This document shows, in pieces, positions 1 through 13,219 of a DNA stretch of 64,000 nucleotides. The notes below the pieces were generated by a model that was given only the letters and a program-made list of their open reading frames with translations, made no database searches and was not told the origin of the DNA. This DNA comes from Candidatus Eiseniibacteriota bacterium. GTDB taxonomy: Bacteria > Eisenbacteria > RBG-16-71-46 > SZUA-252. The stretch is from the NCBI GenBank assembly GCA_963703225.1, contig OY969801.1, forward strand, positions 1,600,001 through 1,664,000. Direction: 5' to 3'. How positions within the stretch are numbered: position 1 is the first letter of the stretch; each line of letters begins with the position of its first letter. The translations under genes and the position numbers were made by a program.

Positions 1-1072
1 AGGCCGAGCAAACGTAGACCTCACCCGATCCCATTCCCCGCATCAGCGACTCCATCTCGTCGAGAGCGCGCGACAGGTCGCCCCGACGGCGGTAGAGGTC
101 CGCGGTGAGAAGGCGCGCGGGGACCGAGTCGGGCTCGATTTCGAGAGCTTCGTTCAGGATCCGCCCGGCGTCGCCCAGATCCCCCTTCTTGAGGTGCACG
201 CGGGCAAGCGCGAGGTGGATCCGAACGTCCCTCGGGTTTCGGGCCAGCATCTCTTCGTATGCCTGCCCCACTTCGCCGAACCGCCCATTCTCAAAGTAAG
301 AGGCTTCGAGCCGCTCCAGCACGAGGTGGGAGAACGCGGGATGCGCCTCGGCGAGCGCCTTCCAGAGGACCGTCGCGCGCTCCCCGCGATTCGATTCATA
401 GTAAATGTCCCCGAGGCGAAGAAGCGCCGCCGGCTCGTCGCGACGCAGGCGGAGCGCCGACTTGAATTGGCGCTTCGCCTCCTCCAACTTTCCGTCGCGG
501 AGGTAGATCTCGCCGATCGCGGCCCGATAGCGTGCCAACCCCTCCCCGTTTCGTTCGCCGAAGTTCTTGGCGATCTCGGCTCGGGCCTCGTAGGCCTGCT
601 CCCAATCGCGAGCGGCCTCGTGCGCCCGTAACAGGAGCCGCAGGGCGCTCTCGTTCTTCCGGTCGAGCTCGTGGAGCTCTTTCGCCTCCTCGACCGCTTC
701 GGCGGCTTTTCCCGCCGCGATGAGGTCGTAGACCAGCCCCTCCCGCACCGCCCGGTTCTGGCTCTGCGACTGCCCCGCGCGCACCAGGAGCTCGCGATGG
801 ATATGGAGGGCCCGCGGCACCTCGCCCTGCTCCCGAAGCAGGTTGGCCAGGTGGATGTACGCATCGATGTTGTCGCTGTCGATACGGACACTCTCGGCGA
901 ATGCCTGGAGGGCCTCTTCCCGGTGGCCCGCCAGGAGCGCGTCCAGCCCCTGCTGGTAGGGCGTCTCCGGCTTCTCGGTCTGCCCCGCCGCGTCGCGGGA
1001 GAGAGCCCACGCCGCGTAGCCGACCGCGGCGAGGAGCCCGCCCACGAGCAGGACGGTGATGAAATCGCTCAT
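1..1072 (-). CDS. lapB: Lipopolysaccharide assembly protein B-like TPR protein (3' end runs off the window)
   Basis: Manual translation from ATG 1072: MSDFITVLLVGGLLAAVGYAAW (N-terminal TM), then YQQGLDALL...AYIHLANLLREQGEVPRALHIHRELL TPR pattern. ATGA overlap with lapA stop. Absent from the ORF track because it has no stop in the window. Confidence 0.8.
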   Translation of the reverse strand, partial: MSDFITVLLVGGLLAAVGYAAWALSRDAAGQTEKPETPYQQGLDALLAGHREEALQAFAESVRIDSDNIDAYIHLANLLREQGEVPRALHIHRELLVRAGQSQSQNRAVREGLVYDLIAAGKAAEAVEEAKELHELDRKNESALRLLLRAHEAARDWEQAYEARAEIAKNFGERNGEGLARYRAAIGEIYLRDGKLEEAKRQFKSALRLRRDEPAALLRLGDIYYESNRGERATVLWKALAEAHPAFSHLVLERLEASYFENGRFGEVGQAYEEMLARNPRDVRIHLALARVHLKKGDLGDAGRILNEALEIEPDSVPARLLTADLYRRRGDLSRALDEMESLMRGMGSGEVYVCSA

Positions 1073-1398
1073 CCCTTCCGCGCCTCGACCGTGCCCCCGA
1101 GCCGCAAATCTTCGAGCGGGAGGTTGCGGAGCTGGCTCAGCTCCCGCTTCAGATCCTGGTTCTCGCGGCTCACGCGGCCCATGGCCGAGCGAACCCTGAG
1201 CTGGTGGAAGAGCGTGAGGACGAAGGCGCAGAACATCCCGATGATGAACGTGACGAAGACGACCAGAACCAGCGGCGCCTGCGCGTAGTGCCTACCGGCG
1301 AGATGAAGGCTGGAGACCGTCTCGTTCCGGTTCTCGAAACCGAACCATCCCGCGACGGCGAAGATGAGGAGCCAACCCGCGTTCTTCAGTAACCACAT
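1069..1398 (-). CDS. lapA: LapA family membrane protein
   Basis: Two TM segments around FGFENRNETV, then a coiled-coil tail (ENQDLKRELSQLRN). rpsA-lapA-lapB synteny. Confidence 0.8.
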   Translation of the reverse strand: MWLLKNAGWLLIFAVAGWFGFENRNETVSSLHLAGRHYAQAPLVLVVFVTFIIGMFCAFVLTLFHQLRVRSAMGRVSRENQDLKRELSQLRNLPLEDLRLGGTVEARKG

Positions 1399-1487
1399 GA
1401 CGGTCCCTCCGTGGGGCGTGAGGAGTCGTCCACCGGCCGCGCGTGAGGATAGCCAACGCCATCCGGCCGATCAACAGCTCCCCGTCC

Positions 1488-1529
1488 AAAGCGAAACCCG
1501 AGGGGCTCGGGTGCGCCCCTCGGGTTCGC
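1488..1529 (-). terminator. Putative intrinsic terminator/hairpin downstream of rpsA
   Basis: GCGAAACCCGAGGGGC ... GCCCCTCGGGTTCGC stem, followed by a short T run on the minus strand. Confidence 0.5.
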
Positions 1530-1555
1530 GGGTTTCTTGCTCTGGCGTCCCGCGG

Positions 1556-3419
<1,864 letters not shown>

Positions 3420-3479
3420 TCTGTCGAGTTTCCCCCTGTTTCTATGAAATTCGGCCTGGAGCGGCCGGTGGTGCCTCGG

Positions 3480-4343
3480 TTATGCGCCCGTCGCCTCGGG
3501 CTCGACTTGGGCGATTCGGTCGACGACTTCGGCGATCACCTCGTCGGGGGTCGACGCGCCGGCCGACACGCCGATGACGCGAAGCCCTTCGAACCAATGC
3601 TCGTCGATTTCGTCCGCCGATTCGATCTGATGAACCCGGGGATTCACCCGTCGGCAGACCTCCGCGAGCTGCGCGGTGTTCGCGCTCTGGCGTCCGCCGA
3701 CGATCACCATCGCGTCGACCTCCGGCGCCAGCTCCACGGCCGTCTTCTGCATGGAGGTGGTGGCGCCGCAGAGCGTGTTGAAGACCCGCACTTCCTTCCC
3801 CCGTTTCAGGAGGGCCCCCACGATTTCCTGCACGTGCCCGATCGAGTGGGTCGTCTGAAAGACCACGCCCATGCGCGGGATGAACTTGAGCGCCTCGGCT
3901 TCCGCGACGGTGTTGATCACGATCGCCTTCTGGTTTGTGTAGGCCACGACGCCGATCACTTCGGGGTGGCTCTTGTCGCCGATCATCACGACCTTGTAGT
4001 TCTCCTCGATCAACTTGGCGGCGTATTGCTGCGCCTTGGTCACGAACGGGCAGGTGGTGTCTACCACCTTGAGCCCTCGCCGCGCCGCGCCGTCGATGAC
4101 CGACGGGCCGACACCGTGAGAGCGGATGATGACGGTCGAATCCTCGTCGATCTCTTCCATCTCCTTCACGACCTCCAGGCCGCGTCGACGGAACGCGTCC
4201 ACGACTTGGGGGTTGTGGATGAGGGGACCGAGGGCCGTCACGTTCCCGGGCTCCCGGTCGATCGCCTCGTTTGCCATCTTGATGGCCCGCTTCACGCCAA
4301 AACAGAAGCCGGCGTTGTCGGCGACGATCACTTCCATCGGCAT
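3480..4343 (-). CDS. ispH: 4-hydroxy-3-methylbut-2-enyl diphosphate reductase
   Basis: AGFCFGVKRA, LIHNPQVV, IRSHGV, DTTCPFV, TLCGAT, SAGASTP motifs; three Fe-S cysteines. Confidence 0.96.
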   Translation of the reverse strand: MPMEVIVADNAGFCFGVKRAIKMANEAIDREPGNVTALGPLIHNPQVVDAFRRRGLEVVKEMEEIDEDSTVIIRSHGVGPSVIDGAARRGLKVVDTTCPFVTKAQQYAAKLIEENYKVVMIGDKSHPEVIGVVAYTNQKAIVINTVAEAEALKFIPRMGVVFQTTHSIGHVQEIVGALLKRGKEVRVFNTLCGATTSMQKTAVELAPEVDAMVIVGGRQSANTAQLAEVCRRVNPRVHQIESADEIDEHWFEGLRVIGVSAGASTPDEVIAEVVDRIAQVEPEATGA

Positions 4344-4353
4344 CTCTCCATGA

Positions 4354-5637
4354 TCAGGGCTTCTCCCGTTCACCCGGGATCGCCGCGATGGCGTCCATGA
4401 CCCGCCGCGCGAACACGCTCCCGTCCTCCCGGCTCCCCGCCGCCCCCACCGGAGGCATCAACGGCGAGCCGAACCTCAATCGAATTACAACCTGCCGCAG
4501 CATGGAGCGGCGGATCTGGTTGGAACCTGAGATGCGGGCGGGCACGACCGGGGCGCGGGAAACAGCCGCCAAGTGCGCGATTCCACTCCGAGGCGGCAGA
4601 AGGGACCCGCTCTTGCTGCGCGTGCCCTCAGGGAAGATGAGGACCGCGCCCCCGCGATCCAGAACCCCTTCGGCACCGCGCAACGCCGACCGTGCCTGGG
4701 GCCCCCGCTGGATCGGGATGCAATTATAGGCGGTTAGCATCGCTCCGAAAACCCTATTCTCGAATAATTCCGCCTTGGCCAGGTAGTGGAGCGTCCGGTT
4801 GACCCACGCCCCGACCAGGGGAGGGTCCCAGAAAGAGATGTGATTGCAGGCCAGGATCACCGGTCCCTTTCGAGGGATATACTCCCGGCCCTCCACCCGA
4901 TAGCGCAGAAACAGCCGGGCGAAGTTCACCACCACCTCCCGGCTCAAGGCGTGGAAGAGGGTCATCCGCCCCGGGCCGAGCCGGGCCAGCTCCGCCCAGT
5001 GGGCCGCGAGGTCCACCTGCTCTTCCAAGGAGAGGTGGGTGGTATCGAGCGGAAAGGCGTCCGGGGCCGCCACGAGCGGGCTCGTCTCGCGCGCACTGTC
5101 CCTCTGGTCCCGCTCCCTTATGGCAGCCTCGATCGCGGAGAGGTCGGCGGGATCGCCCCGGGCCCTCAACTCCTCAAAGCGCCGCTTGGCACGGGCTTCC
5201 ACCGATGCGGTGAGAAACATCTTGAGGTCAGCCCGCGGGAAAACGACGGTTCCGATGTCGCGCCCTTCCATCACGATTCCCGGAGGCCTCGCGAGGCCCC
5301 GTTGGAGCTTCACCAGGCGTCGGCGGAGCCCGGGATGGACCGCGACCCGCGAGGCCGCGTCCCCGACCTCGGCATTCCGGATGTGGTGCTCGACGGGTTC
5401 CCCGCCGATCTTGAGCCCATCCCGGCCCGCCCACTGCCAGCGGAGCACGTCGAGAACTCGGAGGAGCTCCGGCTCCGAGTCGAGCGAGACGCCGTGAGCC
5501 GTCGCCACCCAGGCGACGGCCCGATACATCGCTCCCGAGTCGACGTGGGTGAGACCGAGCCGGGCCGCTACCCCCCGGGCGGTCGCGCTCTTCCCCGCCC
5601 CCGCCGGTCCGTCGATGGCGACGACGAATGGCTTCAA
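4354..5637 (-). CDS. cmk: Fused cytidylate kinase / 1-acyl-sn-glycerol-3-phosphate acyltransferase
   Basis: N-terminal AIDGPAGAGKS, DSGAMYR and MEGRDIGTVVFP; C-terminal NHISFWD and FPEGTRS in one frame. TTG start overlaps the aroA stop (TTGA). Confidence 0.9.
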   Translation of the reverse strand: MKPFVVAIDGPAGAGKSATARGVAARLGLTHVDSGAMYRAVAWVATAHGVSLDSEPELLRVLDVLRWQWAGRDGLKIGGEPVEHHIRNAEVGDAASRVAVHPGLRRRLVKLQRGLARPPGIVMEGRDIGTVVFPRADLKMFLTASVEARAKRRFEELRARGDPADLSAIEAAIRERDQRDSARETSPLVAAPDAFPLDTTHLSLEEQVDLAAHWAELARLGPGRMTLFHALSREVVVNFARLFLRYRVEGREYIPRKGPVILACNHISFWDPPLVGAWVNRTLHYLAKAELFENRVFGAMLTAYNCIPIQRGPQARSALRGAEGVLDRGGAVLIFPEGTRSKSGSLLPPRSGIAHLAAVSRAPVVPARISGSNQIRRSMLRQVVIRLRFGSPLMPPVGAAGSREDGSVFARRVMDAIAAIPGEREKP

Positions 5638-6910
5638 CGCGAGACCCGTCGCAGCCGCGTCAGAAATCCGGGATCCGAAACGCTGGCCGCGTCGGCGCCG
5701 ATTACCGTCACGCCTTGCTTGGCCCTGAGGCCGGCGACCAGGAAGGCCATTGCGATCCGGTGATCGTGGCGCGCCTCCACGGTCCCGCCTCGGACCGTGG
5801 GGCTGCCCTGAATCGTCCACCCGTCCTCGTGCTCCTCGACGGAGACGCCGATCGCCCGGAGCCCGGCGGCGACCGCGGCGATGCGATCGGACTCCTTGAC
5901 CCGGAGCTCCCCCGCCCCGCGGATCGTGCTCTCCCCCGACGCGAACGCCGCCAAGACGGCGACCAGGGGAAGCTCATCGATGAGACCCCCTGCCTCCTCC
6001 GCGCCCACGCGAAACGGCGCGAGCGTCCCCGAGCGGATTCGGAAATCCGCGACCGGCTCGTTCTCGAAGGAGCGGTCGGCCCCCGTTTCCAGGCGGGCGC
6101 CTGCCGCGATGAGGAGATCCAGGAACGCCCGGCGCGTCGGGTTGACTCCAACGTCGGTGATCGTCAGATCGGACCGCGGAACGAGCGCGGCGGCGGCGAG
6201 GAGAAACGCGGCCGCCGAGAGATCGCCTGGCACGCGGATTTCGGCCGCCCGGAGCGCCGCGGGCCCTTCCACGATCGCCTTCGTCCCCGAGCGCTCGATC
6301 GCCGCGCCAAAGAGGGGCAACATCCGCTCGGTGTGGTCTCTCGTCGGCGCGGGCTCCTCGACCACGGTCCGGCCCTCCGCCTGGATGGCGGCGAGCAGCA
6401 CCGCGCTCTTCACCTGCGCGCTGGCGACCGGAGTCCGGATCTCGGCGCCTCGAAGAGCGCGACCGCGGATGGCGACGGGAGGGTAGTGGTCCTCCCCCCG
6501 CGCCGTGATCTCGGCGCCGAGGCGCCGGAGCGGCTCGATGACCCGCCTCACCGGTCGATTTCGGAGGGAGCCGTCCCCGGTCAAGACCGAGAAGAAGGGC
6601 TGCGCCGCCAGGAGCCCCATCGAGAGCCGGAGCGCGGTCCCCGAATTTCGCGCGTCGAGGATCCGATCGCTCTCGATGAGGGACCCGCCTTCGATCGTCC
6701 ACTCGTCCTCGGTCCGATGCCGGACTTTGGCGCCGATGGCTCGCGCGATGCCGAGCGCCGCCCGCGCATCGGCTCCGTCGTTGCCTCGATGGATCCGGGT
6801 TTCGCCCCGGGCCAACGCGCCCAGGAGGACGGCGCGCTGCGTGATGGACTTGTCTCCCGGCACTCGACAAGCGCCCTTGAGGGGTTTTCCCGGCCGGACC
6901 GTCGCGCGGG

Positions 6911-6914
<4 letters not shown>
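5634..6914 (-). CDS. aroA: 3-phosphoshikimate 1-carboxyvinyltransferase (EPSP synthase)
   Basis: PGDKSITQRA, SAQVKSAVLLA, TRDHTERML, ELRVKESDRI, DHRIAMAF. GTG start overlaps the hisC stop. Confidence 0.95.
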
Positions 6915-8011
<1,097 letters not shown>

Positions 8012-8040
8012 CCGGTTTTTCTCCGTGCGAATCGAAAAGG

Positions 8041-8784
8041 TCACCGCAGTCTAGCACCGTGGGGCCGAACGCGGAAAGCCTCCGCCTGGAGCGCCTTCAC
8101 CTCGGCGTGATCGAGAGCGCGAAGCCCGCCGGCGCGAAGCGTTCCGAGGTGCACGGGGCCGAACTGGATCCGGACGAGCCGCTCCACCTCGAGGCCCGCC
8201 GCCCGCGCGAGCAGGCGAACCTCGCGCTTCTTCCCCTCCGCCAGATCGATGAGGAGGACGCCGCGCCCCTCGCGCGCGCCCTCGAGGACGACGCGCAGCG
8301 GCGCGACCCGTTCTCCTTCGACGTGTGATCCCGTCGTCAGGTTGCGGAGCGCCGCCGGCGTGGGAATGGGCCGGACCCAGACGCGATACCGCCTCAAGAG
8401 ACCGGTTCGGGGATGAAGGAGCGCCTCGGAGAGCGCGCCGTCGTCGGTGAGCAGGAGCAGACCTTCGGAATCGAGGTCGAGCCGTCCCACCGCGTGGAGC
8501 CCGTGCGCCCGGTCCCCCAGCACGTCGAAGATCGTCTGTCGCCCCCCCTGACCTCGCCGGCTTACGAGGAGGCCACGCCGCTTGTGGTAGGCGAGATAGC
8601 GGTGTTCGCGAGGGAGTTCGACCGATGTTCCGTCGAGGGTGACGCGATCCTCGCCGGGCCGGACCGAGATCCCGATCGATTGCGGCGGCGCGCCGTTGAC
8701 CTGCACGCGGCCCTCTTGGATCCAGCCGTCCGCTTCGCGGCGGGAGCCACCCGCCGCCCGCGCGAGGAAGAGATTAAGTCGCAC
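8041..8784 (-). CDS. rluB: rRNA pseudouridine synthase (RluB/RsuA family) with S4 domain
   Basis: RLNLFLARAAGGSRREAD S4 start; VGRLDLDSEGLLLLTDDG catalytic motif; scpAB synteny. Confidence 0.85.
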   Translation of the reverse strand: MRLNLFLARAAGGSRREADGWIQEGRVQVNGAPPQSIGISVRPGEDRVTLDGTSVELPREHRYLAYHKRRGLLVSRRGQGGRQTIFDVLGDRAHGLHAVGRLDLDSEGLLLLTDDGALSEALLHPRTGLLRRYRVWVRPIPTPAALRNLTTGSHVEGERVAPLRVVLEGAREGRGVLLIDLAEGKKREVRLLARAAGLEVERLVRIQFGPVHLGTLRAGGLRALDHAEVKALQAEAFRVRPHGARLR

Positions 8785-9343
8785 CCTCGAGCTCGATCTC
8801 CTCCTGGGCCCGCTCGCGGTCTTCCAAGACGTTGCCCAATTCCTTGAGCTCCGGAAGATCGGTGAGCTCGTTGATCCCCATGTACGAGAGGAACTCGGGG
8901 GCCGTGGAATATAGGAGCGGCCTGCCGACACCCTTGGAGCGCCCCTTGATCAGCACCAGGCTTCGCTCGAGGAGCGTGTGGAGGGATCCACCGGAATCAA
9001 CGCCGCGGATGGAATCGATCTCCACCTTGGTGATCGGCTGCTTGTAGGCCACGATGGCCAGCGTTTCCAGGCCGGCCCGCGAGAGCCTGACCTTTCGCCG
9101 CGAGCGGAGCATCTGCTCGATCCACGGCGAGCAATCCTTTCGGGAGAGAATCTGGTATCCCCCCGCGATCTCGGCAATCACAACCCCGCGCTCGCCCGTC
9201 TCGAAATCGTTCCCCAGCTGGCGAAGGATCTCCACGACCTCATCCGGTCCCGGGCCGTCCAGCACCTCGACCAGGGTCGAGAGCCCGACCGGTGAATCGC
9301 TCGCGAACAGCAGCGCCTCCACGATCTGCTTCTGCGTCGGCAT
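8774..9343 (-). CDS. scpB: SMC-Scp complex subunit ScpB
   Basis: EALLFAS, LSRAGLETLAIVAYKQPITK, IRGVDS, GRPLLY. Confidence 0.95.
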   Translation of the reverse strand: MPTQKQIVEALLFASDSPVGLSTLVEVLDGPGPDEVVEILRQLGNDFETGERGVVIAEIAGGYQILSRKDCSPWIEQMLRSRRKVRLSRAGLETLAIVAYKQPITKVEIDSIRGVDSGGSLHTLLERSLVLIKGRSKGVGRPLLYSTAPEFLSYMGINELTDLPELKELGNVLEDRERAQEEIELEGAT

Positions 9344-10137
9344 CAGGCGGTCTCCTCTTCCACGACGACCGGGGCCAAAACGGCGTCCCCCAGCCAGCGG
9401 ATCCAAATCGGGCCAAACAGCGATTCCTGGGCCGCCGCGACGGTTCCCTGCTTCAAGAGCTCGAGCAGCCCCAGAAACGCAGTGATCTTCTCCAGTCGGG
9501 TGACGAATCGTTCCAGCAGCTCCTCGAAGAGCACGCGGGGGGTCGAGAGCAGCTGCCCCCGCATCATGCCGATCGCCTCTTCCAGGCTCAACGGCTCGGC
9601 GTTGACGGTGTGGACGATGGGTGGGGCCTGGCGCGAAAGAACGGCCTTGAGCGCGTCCATCAGGCGAAACAGGCTCACCGGGAGCAGCTCCCGCGACTCC
9701 GGATCCTCGAGCTGCGCCGGCGAGCCCCGCTCGAAGAGAAGCCTCCGTTCGGTCTCGAGCCGTCCCAAATCCTGGGCCGCCTCCTTGAACCGGCTGTATT
9801 CCAATAGTTGGCGGACGAGGCCCTTCCTCGGATCCTCCTCCTCCTCTTCCGTCACGGCCGGCGGCAGGAGCATCCGGGCTTTGATCCGCATCAGGGTCGC
9901 CGCCATCACCAAGAACTCGCCGGCCACCTCCAGATCGAGCTCGCGCATCAGCTCGAGGGTCTCCAAGTACTGGCGGGTGATCTTGGCGATCGGGATGTCG
10001 GTGATCTCCAGCTCATCCTGCTGGATCAGGTGGAGCAGGAGATCGAGCGGGCCCTCGAAGACCGGGATCTGGACCCGGATCGGCGAGTGTCCCTCGGAAA
10101 CCTCCGCGCCCGATTCGTGGCTGGTGGGGTCGGTCAT
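9343..10137 (-). CDS. scpA: Segregation/condensation protein A
   Basis: FEGPLDLLLHLI, AGEFLVMAATLMRIKARMLLP, FLGLLEL, QESLFGPI. Confidence 0.95.
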   Translation of the reverse strand: MTDPTSHESGAEVSEGHSPIRVQIPVFEGPLDLLLHLIQQDELEITDIPIAKITRQYLETLELMRELDLEVAGEFLVMAATLMRIKARMLLPPAVTEEEEEDPRKGLVRQLLEYSRFKEAAQDLGRLETERRLLFERGSPAQLEDPESRELLPVSLFRLMDALKAVLSRQAPPIVHTVNAEPLSLEEAIGMMRGQLLSTPRVLFEELLERFVTRLEKITAFLGLLELLKQGTVAAAQESLFGPIWIRWLGDAVLAPVVVEEETA

Positions 10138-11132
10138 GGCAGCCTCATCGCTTCCCGTACCTCGCGCATCGTCTGCTCCGCGATGGCGCGCGCCTTCTCC
10201 TCGCCGTAGCGAAGCGCCTCCAGGACCTTCTCGGGCTTCGACTCCAGCTCCCTCCGGCGCTCCCGGAACGGCGCCAGCCTGTCCGCGAGGATGCGCGAGA
10301 GATCCTTCTTGTCGGCCACGCACCCCAGCTTCCCCGCGCGGCAGAGCGCGTCGATGTGAGGGGCGTGCTCGGCGTTGAAGGCTCGATGATAAGCGAAGAC
10401 GACGCATCCGTCCGGATTTCCGGGGTCGTTGACGCGGAGCTTCTTCGGATCGGTGTAGGAGGTTCGTATCTTCGCCTCGATCTCCTCCGGCGTGTCGGAG
10501 AGGAGCACCGTGTTGCCCAGCGATTTGCTCATCCGCTTGCCGTCGAGGCCCGGGAGGCGCGGGAAGTGGGTCAGCTTGGCCTCCGGCACGGGAAACACCT
10601 CGCCGTAGAGCGCGTTGAATTTCCGGGCGATCTCCCGGGTCACCTCCACGTGCGGCACCTGATCCTCGCCGACGGGCACGAGGTTGGCCTTGTAGAGGAG
10701 GATGTCCGCGGCCTGGAGGACCGGGTAGCCCAGGTGGCCGTAGCTCATGGTCTGCTCGAGGTGCAGGTCGCGAACCTGTTCCTTGACCGTGGGGTTTCGC
10801 TCGAGGCGGCTGGTCGTCACGAGCATCGAGAAGAGCAGGTGAAGCTCGGCGTGCTCCTTCACCCGCGACTGGATGAAGACTGGGCTGCGCTCCGGATCGA
10901 TGCCGGCCGCCAGCCAGTCCGTCACCATCTCGATCGTGTTCGGAGCGATCTGCGCGACGTTCTCGTAGTCGGTCGTCAGCGCGTGCCAGTCCGCGACCAT
11001 GTGGAAGTTCTCGGACGAGTCCTGGAGCGCGACCCAATTCTGAAGCGCCCCCAGGTAGTTCCCGAGGTGGAGCTTCCCGGTCGGCCGCATGCCGCTCAGG
11101 ATTCGCGGCCGCTTCGGGGCAGCCGCGGTCAC
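10134..11132 (-). CDS. trpS: Tryptophan--tRNA ligase
   Basis: SGMRPTGKLHLGNY, YPVLQAADILLY, VPVGEDQ, RMSKS. Confidence 0.97.
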   Translation of the reverse strand: MTAAAPKRPRILSGMRPTGKLHLGNYLGALQNWVALQDSSENFHMVADWHALTTDYENVAQIAPNTIEMVTDWLAAGIDPERSPVFIQSRVKEHAELHLLFSMLVTTSRLERNPTVKEQVRDLHLEQTMSYGHLGYPVLQAADILLYKANLVPVGEDQVPHVEVTREIARKFNALYGEVFPVPEAKLTHFPRLPGLDGKRMSKSLGNTVLLSDTPEEIEAKIRTSYTDPKKLRVNDPGNPDGCVVFAYHRAFNAEHAPHIDALCRAGKLGCVADKKDLSRILADRLAPFRERRRELESKPEKVLEALRYGEEKARAIAEQTMREVREAMRLP

Positions 11133-11773
11133 AGAATCCCGCCGGTGAAGAGGCTCCCGACGCGGCTGACAAACGGGCCCACGAGCATCCCGATCAAGCT
11201 CACGCCGGTGAGCGAACCGATCAGGATCAATCCCAAGAGCAAGAACGGCCCGACCGGCTCCAGCGCTTGAAAGCGCGCGGCCGCGATCGGGTTCAAGAGA
11301 CCGGTGAGCACCTTGGACCCATCCAGCGGGAATATCGGGATCATGTTGAAAATCGCCAAGCTCAGATTGAGCACGACGCTCCACATCACCATCCGGACCA
11401 ATGCGGTCTCCACGCGGCCGGAAAAGCTGTGCCCCGAGGCGTCCAGCCCCCGCAAGATCATCCCGAACAGGAACGCCAGGATGATGTTGGACACGGGCCC
11501 CGCGAGGGCGATCCACATCATGTCCCGTCTCGGATGTTTCAGGTAACGAACGTCGACGGGAATCGGCTTGGCCCACCCGATGTGCGGCGGGAAGAAAAAC
11601 ACGATGCATCCGAGTGGATCGAGGTGCGCGAGCGGATTCAGGGTGAGGCGGCCCATCAGCTTTGCCGTCGGATCGCCAAGCCGGAGCGCCGCGAGCCCGT
11701 GGCAAAGTTCATGAACCGTGAGCGCGAACAGGAGCGGGGGAAACAGCAGGACGAAATTGACCGGGTCACTCAC
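11129..11773 (-). CDS. Site-2 protease family (M50) membrane metalloprotease
   Basis: HELCHG, GRLTLNPLAHLD, ALAGPVSN, FNMIPIFPLDG. Confidence 0.92.
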   Translation of the reverse strand: MSDPVNFVLLFPPLLFALTVHELCHGLAALRLGDPTAKLMGRLTLNPLAHLDPLGCIVFFFPPHIGWAKPIPVDVRYLKHPRRDMMWIALAGPVSNIILAFLFGMILRGLDASGHSFSGRVETALVRMVMWSVVLNLSLAIFNMIPIFPLDGSKVLTGLLNPIAAARFQALEPVGPFLLLGLILIGSLTGVSLIGMLVGPFVSRVGSLFTGGIL

Positions 11774-11815
11774 GAGCCCGTTCCCTCTCCAGCCGGCCGC
11801 GTCCCGCGGCCGGCG

Positions 11816-13219
11816 TTAGGGTCGGGAGCCATCCCTCGAAGGCACGAGCGTGACCTCGCATGCGTGCGTGAACCAGCGCGCGGCGGCGTCGCGGACATCC
11901 TCAGGCTTTAGCGCCAGGAGGCGCGTTTCAAACCGCCTGGGGAAGTCGACGCCCAAGCCCAGCGTCTCGTACCGCGAGAGATCCCGGGCGCGTACGAGCG
12001 GGTTGCTCTGCTCATGGAAGAATCCTTGCTGAACCCGGCGCATGTGCACCGGCCAGTCCCCCTCGTCGAGCGGGGAGGTCGCCAACTGGTGGAATACGGA
12101 GACGACCGTGTCGCGCGCCGCCTTCCACGTGGCCAGGGTCGCGCCGAAGTAGACCGTGATCGACGAGCGTTTTGGATACCGTGGATACATCACGCCGACG
12201 CTCGTGGCCAAGCGGCGCTCCGGGAGCCAGTAGGTGATCGGCGAGCGGTCGCCCGACCGGAGGTAGGAATCGATGACCTGGAAGGCCGGGTAGTCGGGGT
12301 CGTCGTAGCCGGGTGCCGGAAAGCCGTATACCAGCGATTGCGCGACGTAGGATCGAGGCTCGCTGATGAGGGTATCCGCCGCCAATGGAATCGGGTCGCC
12401 GGCCACGGGGGTCGGCGGCGCTCCGGGCGGCGCTCCGGCAAAGGCCTTTTCCAGGGCGGACATCACCTTCTTCCCGTCGAAATTTCCAACGAAGCTGACC
12501 GTGAGGTTTCCCCCGACGAATAGTTTCTTGTAGAGCGCGATCATGTCGCCCCTGCGGCACTCCGAGATCGATTGGATTCGTCCGAAGGCCGGCCGCTCGA
12601 AAGGGGTTCCCCGGTACATCGTTCGGAGGAAGATCGTGTAGGTGCCCGAAAGCGGGCCCTCCACCTCGTCGGAGGCGCGGGACATGAAGTAGGTGCGCGC
12701 CGATTCAAATGCCGTGTCGGGAAACGCGGGATGGAGCACGACGTCGGAGAGCATGTCGACCGCCTTCAACGCCTGTTCGCGCGTCGTGGCGATCGAGACC
12801 TGCCCGATGTCGGGACCCGCTCCCGCCTCCAGGGAAGCTCCGGCCGCCATCAGCTCCAGCTGTAGCTCGCCGGAGCTCCTGTTGTGGGTGCCGGAGGAGA
12901 GGGAGCGCATGATGATCTGGCTCACGCCCGATTCCTCTTCCTTCTCGTAGCGGGTGCCCATCCTCAAACCGACGACGCCGCCCACACGCTCGCTGGTCCG
13001 CTGCTCCTGAACCAGGAGCCGTACCCCGTTCTTCAGCACCTTTCGCTGGATCGGCTGTCCCGGGTCGTAGATGGCGACTTTGGGCGCAACGACGGGTGGG
13101 GGTAGATCGCGGTCCTGAGCCCGACTTGCCGTTGGACCCAGGACGCAGGAAACCGAAAGAAGGAGCGGGAGGGCCGACGAAAGTCGTTTGCCGTGAAGGA
13201 GATTGGGATGGCGACGCAT
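11816..13219 (-). CDS. Exported M16 (insulinase/pitrilysin) family protein lacking HxxEH
   Basis: Signal-like N-terminus; LKNGVRLLV, M16-fold pattern and LKPEDVRDAAARWF tail. The zinc-motif position reads GVSQIIMRSL. Confidence 0.8.
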   Translation of the reverse strand: MRRHPNLLHGKRLSSALPLLLSVSCVLGPTASRAQDRDLPPPVVAPKVAIYDPGQPIQRKVLKNGVRLLVQEQRTSERVGGVVGLRMGTRYEKEEESGVSQIIMRSLSSGTHNRSSGELQLELMAAGASLEAGAGPDIGQVSIATTREQALKAVDMLSDVVLHPAFPDTAFESARTYFMSRASDEVEGPLSGTYTIFLRTMYRGTPFERPAFGRIQSISECRRGDMIALYKKLFVGGNLTVSFVGNFDGKKVMSALEKAFAGAPPGAPPTPVAGDPIPLAADTLISEPRSYVAQSLVYGFPAPGYDDPDYPAFQVIDSYLRSGDRSPITYWLPERRLATSVGVMYPRYPKRSSITVYFGATLATWKAARDTVVSVFHQLATSPLDEGDWPVHMRRVQQGFFHEQSNPLVRARDLSRYETLGLGVDFPRRFETRLLALKPEDVRDAAARWFTHACEVTLVPSRDGSRP

